Source: Thermacetogenium phaeum DSM 12270 (GTDB lineage: Bacteria > Bacillota > DSM-12270 > Thermacetogeniales > Thermacetogeniaceae). From it: DNA of 24,000 bases. Both the position numbers and the translations under genes were made by a program. Positions 9,170 to 15,726 of the stretch are shown here, piece after piece. The notes under the pieces are model-generated. The model did no database searches. It saw only the letters and a list, made by a program, of their open reading frames with translations, and was not told where the DNA came from. The number at the start of each line of letters is the position of its first letter. Position 1 is the first letter of the stretch. Location of the stretch: NCBI RefSeq assembly GCF_000305935.1, contig NC_018870.1, positions 55,942 through 79,941 of the forward strand, read 5' to 3'.

Positions 9170-9460
9170 AACGAAAAAAGGGTTTATCCTTGTCGGCGCA
9201 GCGACCTGACGGAGGTTGTTACTCGCCCTTGACGAAGGAGCAGCAAACGGCAGCCGAATCGAGACAGGATGTCGAGATAGGCGACTCTGCGGCAGGGAAG
9301 GCGCATAGGAGCCGGTCGGCTGCTTATCTATCGACGAGTCTTAGGACGAGTTAAACCGAAAGATCCGGGAGCAAGCGCAAGGATAAACCGAAACGTATTT
9401 TCAGAGCAGACACCCATGCCGCCTCCGGCGGCACCAACAGAGTATGAAAATACTCGACGG
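9170..9460 (+). ncRNA. Candidate structured ncRNA, copy B (may extend upstream to ~9134 and downstream)
   Basis: Homologous to 3618-3900: 33/40 identity for 9195-9234 vs 3636-3675; GCCGAATCGA and GCCGGTCGGCTGC identical. Helices CGACCT(9202-9207)/AGGTTG(9213-9218), GCAGCCGA(9250-9257)/TCGGCTGC(9316-9323), GTATTTTCA(9395-9403)/TGAAAATAC(9445-9453). Confidence 0.65.
9408..9440. repeat. Copy 2 of 33-bp imperfect direct repeat containing a hairpin
   Basis: AGACACCCATGCCGCCTCCGGCGGCACCAACAG; contains perfect GCCGCC-TCC-GGCGGC hairpin (9418-9432). Confidence 0.75.
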
Positions 9461-9749
9461 GTCTGCCGGCGAGCGACCTATGGAAGGCCGGGTAACAGGA
9501 CAGGCGAAGCGAGGATGACAGGTCGGGATGCGAGTACAGACACCTTGCGAGTTTCGATGGAATGGATTTGTAGCGAGGCCAAACGCTGCGATTGGCAGAA
9601 ACAAATTCGTAACATGTAACGCAGCATCCAGAGCTGTCCCGAAGCGAGCCGTCGTCCTGTCCGGCCTGGAATCGGGAGTCAAGCGGTAGACCGGCAGGAT
9701 ATGCGATCTATTTTCATGACAGAGAAAAAAGCAAGACGGAAAGAGAAAG

Positions 9750-9965
9750 GTGAAGAGGATGGCACCGATGCGGTTTAGCCTCGGCGATGTCGTGCGCATG
9801 AAAAAACAGCATCCCTGCGGGAATGACGAGTGGGAGATCCTGCGGGTGGGGATGGATTTCCGCATCCGCTGCCTGAAGTGTGGGCGCCAGGTGATGATCC
9901 CCAGGGCGAAGTTCGAAAGGAGCGTCAAGGCCGTGGTCAGGGAGGCGCTCTCGGATGAAGAGTAG
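9750..9965 (+). CDS. DUF951 family protein
   Basis: MRFSLGDVVRMKKQHPCGNDEWEILRVGMDFRIRCLKCGRQVMIPRAKFER...VK. Typical DUF951 (KKxHPCG...W.I.R.G.D.RIKC..CG..VMI.R..FE). Confidence 0.88.
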   Translation: MKRMAPMRFSLGDVVRMKKQHPCGNDEWEILRVGMDFRIRCLKCGRQVMIPRAKFERSVKAVVREALSDEE

Positions 9966-10010
9966 AGCTTAAAGCACACGCCCGGAGGTCTGCGAAGGGC
10001 TTTGATCTTC

Positions 10011-10039
10011 TTGTTCCCGGTTGCTTCTCATGGTATAAT
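10011..10039 (+). promoter_or_regulatory. Sigma-A-type promoter for rpsF operon
   Basis: TTGTTC (10011-10016), 17-nt spacer, TATAAT (10034-10039). Confidence 0.7.
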
Positions 10040-10052
10040 CTTTTAGAATTGT

Positions 10053-10085
10053 CCCTGCCCCTGCGGGGGCCATCAGTCCGAAGGG
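10053..10085 (+). promoter_or_regulatory. Candidate S6:S18-binding rpsF leader motif
   Basis: Outer stem CCCT (10053-10056)/AGGG (10082-10085), inner stem GCCCC (10057-10061)/GGGGC (10066-10070), and a 3' internal loop containing CCG (10078-10080). Outer stem overlaps the Shine-Dalgarno GGGAGG. Confidence 0.6.
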
Positions 10086-10096
10086 AGGTGGGAAGT

Positions 10097-10387
10097 TTGC
10101 GGCCTTATGAGATTCTTTTCATCCTCAAGCCGGATCTTGAGGAGGAGGCGACGACTGCCGCCATCGATAGGTTCGCAAACCTGATCCAGCAGAATCAAGG
10201 ATCTGTCGAGCAGATCAGCCGTTGGGGAAAGAGGCGGTTGGCCTACGAGATCGCGGGCTACCGCGAGGGCTACTACACCCTGATCCTATTCCAGGGTGAA
10301 CCGGCAACGGCAAAAGAGCTGGATCGGGTGATGCTCCTTACCGATGAAGTGCTGCGCCACATCATAGTCAGGCGCGATGCCGCATAA
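10097..10387 (+). CDS. rpsF: Ribosomal protein S6
   Basis: (M)RPYEILFILKPDLEEE...WGKRRLAYEIAGYREGYYTLILFQGEPATAKELDRVMLLTDEVLRHIIVRRD. TTG start at 10097 behind GGGAGGTG. Confidence 0.95.
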   Translation: MRPYEILFILKPDLEEEATTAAIDRFANLIQQNQGSVEQISRWGKRRLAYEIAGYREGYYTLILFQGEPATAKELDRVMLLTDEVLRHIIVRRDAA

Positions 10388-10413
10388 AAGCTGGCAAGGG
10401 GGAGGGGAAGGCA

Positions 10414-10863
10414 TTGTTTCTTAACCGGGTGATCTTGATCGGCCGCAGTACTCGGGAGCCGGAACTGCGGTTTACCGGCTCCGGGACGGCAGTGGCCAAT
10501 TTTACCCTTGCCGTAGACCGGCCGTTCCTGAATGCCCGTGGTGAGCGGGAAACCGATTTCATCAGGGTTGTGGTCTGGAGAAAGCTCGCTGAGACCTGCG
10601 CCAACTACATGGGTAAAGGGCGCCTGGTGGCCGTCGAGGGGCGCCTGCAGGTGCGTTCCTATCAGACGCCGGAAGGGCAGACGCGAACTGCCACGGAGGT
10701 TGTAGCTGATACGGTAAGGTTTCTGGATCGTGCCCGTGAGGGAGCTACAGCCGCCGGGCCTACCGGGCCGGAGGCGGCTCCGGAATCCGGAGAAGAGCCC
10801 GGCTTCCTGGACGATCCTGTTTTTAACGATGAGGGTTTCGGTATGGAGGAACCGCCGTTTTAA
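10414..10863 (+). CDS. ssb: Single-stranded DNA-binding protein
   Basis: [37 protein letters not shown]... OB-fold SSB with acidic tail [13 protein letters not shown]. Confidence 0.95.
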   Translation: MFLNRVILIGRSTREPELRFTGSGTAVANFTLAVDRPFLNARGERETDFIRVVVWRKLAETCANYMGKGRLVAVEGRLQVRSYQTPEGQTRTATEVVADTVRFLDRAREGATAAGPTGPEAAPESGEEPGFLDDPVFNDEGFGMEEPPF

Positions 10864-10888
10864 TATTCGGATTTCAGGAGGTGTTATC

Positions 10889-11116
10889 TTGAAGCGCGAG
10901 CGCGGGAAGAAGAAAAAAAAGGTCTGCAGCTTCTGCGTGGAGCGTGTGGATACGATAGATTACAAGGATGTCTACAGACTGCGGAAGTACATTACCGAGC
11001 GGGGCAAGATCCTGCCGCGGCGGATTTCAGGGAACTGTGCCTATCATCAGCGCCGCTTGACGACGGCAATCAAGCGGGCGCGCAATGTTGCCCTGCTGCC
11101 CTTCACTGTGGAATAG
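10889..11116 (+). CDS. rpsR: Ribosomal protein S18
   Basis: [69 protein letters not shown] start behind CAGGAGGTG. Confidence 0.95.
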   Translation: MKRERGKKKKKVCSFCVERVDTIDYKDVYRLRKYITERGKILPRRISGNCAYHQRRLTTAIKRARNVALLPFTVE

Positions 11117-11146
11117 TTCGGAACAAAAGAAAAACGGTTTGGTTAT

Positions 11147-11180
11147 AAGAGGGAGTGTGCCGCCCCCTCTTTTGTTTTTC
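11147..11180 (+). terminator. Rho-independent terminator downstream of rpsR
   Basis: AAGAGGG (11147-11153)/CCCTCTT (11165-11171) followed by T-rich TTGTTTTT. Confidence 0.75.
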
Positions 11181-11216
11181 GCCCGGCATGTCTGCTGAGC
11201 CGGTGGGTTGAAAGAA

Positions 11217-11249
11217 ACCCCCGAGTTTGTCGGTTGACCCCCGAGTTTG
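11217..11249. repeat. Tandem 13-bp direct repeats, 20-bp period
   Basis: ACCCCCGAGTTTG at 11217-11229 and again at 11237-11249. Confidence 0.8.
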
Positions 11250-11254
11250 GACGA

Positions 11255-11344
11255 ATCTACCTGGACAAAGGCTACAGCTACATCTTCGCCTCCCGCCTGA
11301 AGAGAATAAAGAAAAGCGTCCAAAAAGGACGTCTTCTCACCTGA
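11255..11344 (+). pseudogene. Possible short remnant of a transposase-like C-terminus
   Basis: Frame reads IYLDKGYSYIFASRLKRIKKSVQKGRLLT*, no start or upstream coding region. Weak similarity by eye only. Confidence 0.2.
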
Positions 11345-11532
11345 TGGTTATCTGGGAAAAAGATATTGCGCCTGCTGCGCATGAAACAACCGAACAATGT
11401 GATTGCTGCTGATGACTTCCATGATCAGGTAATGTAGTGGCAAAATGCGCGCTTTTTAAAAAACTTTTTTAGGTTTCATACGGGTTTGAGCAGGGTCATC
11501 TGATAAACTCAGGATTGTCAAGATATGATGGA

Positions 11533-12828
11533 TTAAATTTTCACCCCCTTGGAAGCTAGATATTCCTTGATCTCCTGATGATCCCGGTAGTGTTCCCGGA
11601 CAAGTTTCAGGTGCTCATTTATCAAGGAGATCCCCCTTTTCAAGAGGCGTGCCATAAGCTCAGGTGGAACACCGAACAAATACAAAATCAGGACTGCTTC
11701 GAAGGTTCCGATGTAGTTATCCACCGCCCGTGGTGAGTGATGAGTCATCCGGGCAATGTCTTTAACCGTGTAGCCCTGTAGATGCAGGCCGACGATCACA
11801 TCCTTGTGTGTCATGCTTCTCCCGGCATCAAGGATAGTCCCCGGGGTGGGCACTACCAGGTTATGTTCCCGCTGCACGCTGCGAATCAATTCCGAGATGC
11901 GGGCAGAACTTAACTGGAAGATCCACTGCAGCTCCATCAGAGTCAAGAGGCCGTTCTGGCGGTAGGCCTCGAAGCAGACCCGCACGATACGCCTCTTAAG
12001 TTGCTCCAGGAATCCCGGCACGGTGTCCGGCTGCTGCTCAAGCTCCTCGGGCTTCCAGACGGTGATAATCACCGGCGTCAACTGCCTGAAGCGGGTACTG
12101 ACGTCTTCCGAGAGGCGGGCGCTGACATGGGTCACGATGAGAGGCATCTCGTATGGCTTTAACTCCTTGGTTCGCGGGCAGCAGATGTGGCGCAGGGCGA
12201 TCACCTCTTCCACCAACTGGCGGGCCACCACCCGCCCGAGCCCGGCCTCCGCCGCCACGAATTCTGTCAGTTCCTTGAGCACCCGCCCTGGTGCCAGCAA
12301 ATCCGGCGCCTGCAGGCGGTCAGCAGGCAGGACTGGCTGAATTTGTTCAATCATGCAGTCCCAGGATGCCGCATCCGTCTTGCTGTAGGGCTGGATATCC
12401 TGGCACAGTTGATCAACATAGCTGGAGGGCCCTTTCTTACGCACCAGCGACCAGGGGTCGATGATGCGCACGAGGTCGCCCCGGCCGCCCTTGGGAAACC
12501 CCATGTGGTAACTTTGGAGGCAGCGCTCCAGGATCAGCTGCCTGGCCATGCCGAAGTCCCCGCCGCCGAGGATCGGATCCAGATACTCGGGGCAAAACAG
12601 AGGCAGGCGGGCCTGGCTCTGAGCCTTTTGCACGTACAGTTCGAAGGGCTTCACCCGCTCGATGCCCAGGACGGACTCCATCTCTTCCATGCGGCGGTTG
12701 ATCTCTTCTACCAGGAGCCGGGCGACCAGCGACTCCTTGCCGAAGTCGTACCTGCGGGCCAGGTACTGCACCTGGTAGTTGACGAGAGTTCTTTCCACCA
12801 GCGGCCGGTAGAGTTCGCGGCGGTTCAT
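11533..12828 (-). CDS. DUF1670-like HTH protein (second of pair)
   Basis: 431 aa. C-terminal HTH-like module EAYRQNGLLTLMELQWIFQLSSARISELIRSVQREHNLVVPTPGTILDAGRSMTHKDVIVGLHLQGYTVKDIARMTHHSPRAVDNYI. Family name is from recall of the family pattern; start overlaps upstream gene stop (ATGA). Confidence 0.75.
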   Translation of the reverse strand: MNRRELYRPLVERTLVNYQVQYLARRYDFGKESLVARLLVEEINRRMEEMESVLGIERVKPFELYVQKAQSQARLPLFCPEYLDPILGGGDFGMARQLILERCLQSYHMGFPKGGRGDLVRIIDPWSLVRKKGPSSYVDQLCQDIQPYSKTDAASWDCMIEQIQPVLPADRLQAPDLLAPGRVLKELTEFVAAEAGLGRVVARQLVEEVIALRHICCPRTKELKPYEMPLIVTHVSARLSEDVSTRFRQLTPVIITVWKPEELEQQPDTVPGFLEQLKRRIVRVCFEAYRQNGLLTLMELQWIFQLSSARISELIRSVQREHNLVVPTPGTILDAGRSMTHKDVIVGLHLQGYTVKDIARMTHHSPRAVDNYIGTFEAVLILYLFGVPPELMARLLKRGISLINEHLKLVREHYRDHQEIKEYLASKGVKI

Positions 12829-14366
12829 CGCTTGACACCCCGCAGGCTTTTTTTTAGCTCGTCCTCGTGCAGTTCAAAAACTTTACGCAGGTGGTGTAGC
12901 CGGAAAGCGTATTCGGGGCCGGAGTATTCCTGAATCAACTCCAGATAAGTATTAATCAACTTAACTGATCGCCCGGTCACCCGCCGGATTAAGGGGACGG
13001 TCAGGCCGCGTTCGGACAGCACCAGCACTGCGGCGAATTCCTTGAGATAGTTCTCTATGGCCTCGTAGGAGTGCCCCGTGCGGGCGACGATCTCGGTCTC
13101 GGTATGCATCTCCAGATAGAGCTTGATGATCTTTTTGCGGTGAGTGACCCCGCGTCCGATATCGCACTCCATCCCCCTTAAGGGCACCGCCACGGCGGGG
13201 TGGGACCGCACCAGGCGGGAGATCGCCTCGGGGTGGATACCCAGCAGGTAGCCCAGGTCGGCATAGGTCAGGTAGCCCCCGGCGTATTTGGCCTGAGTGG
13301 CATAGCGCAGAACTTTCCGGAACTTGATATCGCTAAGGCGGTTTAAGTCCCGGTCCACATCCGGCGGCGGCACATCCTCCGGGTCTATTAGGGTAAGGCT
13401 CACCGGTACCAGACGGCAGGCCTCCAGGGGCTTGCCGGCCGGCTCGGTGCTGGCTACCGCCCAGTACACCACGTCCCCGTCAGGCCGGCTGTCGGAGAGG
13501 GCAGTCAGCATCTCCTCCGCTATTTCTCTCAAAGCCCTGGCCTTGACGGGTGACAGAGCAAAGTCCACCATGAGTTCATTCATGAAAGATGCCCAATCCC
13601 CGAAGGAAGGGGGTACGCCCGGCTCTTCCAAAAGGGGAAGCAGGGTCTTCTCCGGGACTACATGTACGATGGCCGCCCAGGCCTCCTCCTCGGGATCGCC
13701 CTGCTTAAACCTACCCTTTAGGATCGAGCGGGCAACGTGGGAAAAGCGGGACCACAGCTGCCGGAACGCTTCCCGGGATAGAGCAGCCGTTCGTCTGACT
13801 TCCGACAGGGACTCTCCATCCAGGTATCTGGCCAGCGCCCAGGCAGAGCGCAACATGCCACCACGCTCCCGGTCGACCCTGGGGAGACCGGCTACCGGTA
13901 CCCACATTCCTTCCCGGCGCAGTCCCGCCAGGCGGCTCCTGAGGGAGGTGGGCGTGATGTTACAGAGCACGGTCAGCTGTTTGGCGCTCAAGAGGGCATC
14001 CTGGCGGTAGGCCTCCTCGATCAAGCGGAGGATGCGGCCAGCCTGCATGGTGGACAGCCCGAACTCCAGCTCCAGGTCTAAATCTTCAATGTCGTAGGGG
14101 GTGAGCCTGATCTTTTTCAGTGCTTTATGCTTTCGAGAAAAGGCATCCCGTCCGGACACGGCGTCAGACAGGATCTGATTCGGGCCCCGTATCCCCGGCT
14201 GATTGGAAATCCACCTGGAGGTCCGGTACCCCAGCAACCGGGCCTCGGTCTCGCTCATGCCGAGTTCCTCGATAAAACGAACGGCGAGCAGGCTCTCCAG
14301 AGTCTTCTTGCGGGCTGATGCCACCTGGTATTTCAGGCGTTGACGGTATTCCTTGGCTCTTCCCAC
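12825..14366 (-). CDS. DUF1670-like HTH protein (first of pair)
   Basis: 513 aa, GTG start behind AAGGAGG. Two copies of the HTH-like module also found in 11533-12828 (YLTYADLGYLLGIHPEAISRLVRS...GRGVTHRKKIIKLYLEMHTETEIVARTGHSYEAIENYLKEF). Confidence 0.75.
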   Translation of the reverse strand: MGRAKEYRQRLKYQVASARKKTLESLLAVRFIEELGMSETEARLLGYRTSRWISNQPGIRGPNQILSDAVSGRDAFSRKHKALKKIRLTPYDIEDLDLELEFGLSTMQAGRILRLIEEAYRQDALLSAKQLTVLCNITPTSLRSRLAGLRREGMWVPVAGLPRVDRERGGMLRSAWALARYLDGESLSEVRRTAALSREAFRQLWSRFSHVARSILKGRFKQGDPEEEAWAAIVHVVPEKTLLPLLEEPGVPPSFGDWASFMNELMVDFALSPVKARALREIAEEMLTALSDSRPDGDVVYWAVASTEPAGKPLEACRLVPVSLTLIDPEDVPPPDVDRDLNRLSDIKFRKVLRYATQAKYAGGYLTYADLGYLLGIHPEAISRLVRSHPAVAVPLRGMECDIGRGVTHRKKIIKLYLEMHTETEIVARTGHSYEAIENYLKEFAAVLVLSERGLTVPLIRRVTGRSVKLINTYLELIQEYSGPEYAFRLHHLRKVFELHEDELKKSLRGVKR

Positions 14367-14378
14367 CAGTTTGCCTCC

Positions 14379-14651
14379 TTAACCCTTTCTGAACCCCGGC
14401 CGCAGTCTAAACCTGCGGCAGGATCCCATACCTGGGAGTATTGGAGGATTCTTGATCTCATCTATTACTTCCTGCATCCGTTTCAGTTTCTGCATGTCCC
14501 GGAGGATATCTTGGATCTGCCTATAACGGTCTTCATCATAGCGTCCGAGTGATGAAATTACTCGTTGTCTGGGATACCCTCCGCTAACATAGTAGTTGTG
14601 AGCTATCTGCATGTAACGGAGATCTCTGACTCTTACAATGCGTATGAACAT
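14379..14651 (-). CDS. 90-aa protein resembling the N-terminal domain of IS1634/IS4-type transposases
   Basis: MFIRIVRVRDLRYMQIAHNYYVSGGYPRQRVISSLGRYDED... matches the usual IS1634 opening (MFxR...Y..I...y..gGK.RQ.vI.SLGR.D), but the ORF ends at 90 aa. Confidence 0.6.
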   Translation of the reverse strand: MFIRIVRVRDLRYMQIAHNYYVSGGYPRQRVISSLGRYDEDRYRQIQDILRDMQKLKRMQEVIDEIKNPPILPGMGSCRRFRLRPGFRKG

Positions 14652-14658
14652 GGATCTT

Positions 14659-15102
14659 TTAATCCATCATATATCGGTTGAAGAAGTGTTTGTCAACAAA
14701 GCCAAGTTGTTCCTTTAAAGCGTACTGAAGGACTTGAGAGAAGTTTATTCCTTCTTTTTCGGCTGCGTCATTGAGCCACTTGGGTATAGTTAATGTTTTC
14801 TTGATCGCCCGATTTTGTGTCTCGTCACGAATAGGTTCTGTACGAGCCTGGATTAGGGTTACGAAGGCGCCAGGGCTTGCATCTTCCGGTAATTTTACTT
14901 CCACAGGGTTGGAAGGAACCGGAATTTCATCGCCGTCCTCCTCCATGCCATACAAGTGGAGAGCCATGGCTTCGGCAGCCATCTTTAATGCTTCGTCCAG
15001 AGTATCGCCTTCCGTTACACAACCGGGAAGGTCGGGAAACGTAACAGTGTACCCGCCATGTTCGTTGGGATCAAAAATCGCAGGATAAACGTATTTAGGC
15101 AT
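14659..15102 (-). CDS. hicB: HicB family antitoxin
   Basis: YPAIFDPNEHGGYTVTFPDLPGCVTEGDTLDEALKMAAEAMALHL... HicB degenerate RNase H fold, with a C-terminal DNA-binding-like tail IPKWLNDAAEKEGINFSQVLQYALKEQL. Confidence 0.93.
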   Translation of the reverse strand: MPKYVYPAIFDPNEHGGYTVTFPDLPGCVTEGDTLDEALKMAAEAMALHLYGMEEDGDEIPVPSNPVEVKLPEDASPGAFVTLIQARTEPIRDETQNRAIKKTLTIPKWLNDAAEKEGINFSQVLQYALKEQLGFVDKHFFNRYMMD

Positions 15103-15129
15103 CTATGCAAACCTCCTTTCTGCCGGGGC

Positions 15130-15315
15130 TTACTTAAGGAGCCCGGCCTGCTTAAGTATTGACTTGAATGTTTTTGGTGCTAGAGATTTTCTTGGGTGAG
15201 GGACGGTTACTTTGCCAGGTTTTGTTGGGTGTTTGAACTGATGATGACTTCCCGCGACCCCCACCAAGTACCAACCGTCCTCTTCAAGCAATTTGATTAT
15301 TTCGCGGGAAGACAA
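15130..15315 (-). CDS. hicA: HicA family mRNA interferase toxin
   Basis: SSREIIKLLEEDGWYLVGVAGSHHQFKHPTKPGKVTVPHPRKSLAPKTFKSILKQAGL, catalytic GSHHQF. TTG start likely. Confidence 0.93.
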   Translation of the reverse strand: MSSREIIKLLEEDGWYLVGVAGSHHQFKHPTKPGKVTVPHPRKSLAPKTFKSILKQAGLLK

Positions 15316-15349
15316 GCTTTCATGATTGTCGCCTCTTCTTTCTGGTTCT

Positions 15350-15374
15350 ATTATAGCACGTATAAAAAATACGT
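15350..15374 (-). promoter_or_regulatory. hicA promoter -10 with adjacent operator-like palindrome
   Basis: TATAAT on minus strand (15355-15350). Perfect inverted repeat ACGTAT-AAAAA-ATACGT at 15358-15374 immediately upstream of -10. Confidence 0.65.
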
Positions 15375-15726
15375 TTCAGTAAGAAATACAAGAAAAGGAC
15401 CCTTATGGCTCAACAACTGGATGATGTTAATTTGAAGATCAACAACCATGGCCTGAATAACTTTTGTAATCAGTTGCCTGCCGTATGGCAGAAGTGGCAA
15501 TGCCGGCGATGAGCAGAGTACGGGTGGATGGCTGTCTGCTGCCGGCATCAGGTGTTGTCCGGCCAAAAAAAGCCGACCGCCGGCCGGAAGACCGGTTTCT
15601 GCCTCAATTTGCGGAATATTCTCCTTGCGGCGGAACAAAAATACCAGCGAAAGACTGTTTCTCTGAAGCAGGAATCGAATGCTCGGGTGCCGAAGTTCTT
15701 AAGCCAAAATGAAAGCGGGGGATTGT

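Noticed and set aside
9401-9979. 192-aa minus-strand ORF
   Set aside because: Antisense to the DUF951 gene and across the RNA-like element; no recognisable family features.
15351-15712. Small ORFs 15351..15638 (-) and 15485..15712 (+) in the hicA-gdpP gap; possible yybS remnant
   Set aside because: No hydrophobic DUF2232-like sequence or convincing start sites; I found no support for a remnant.
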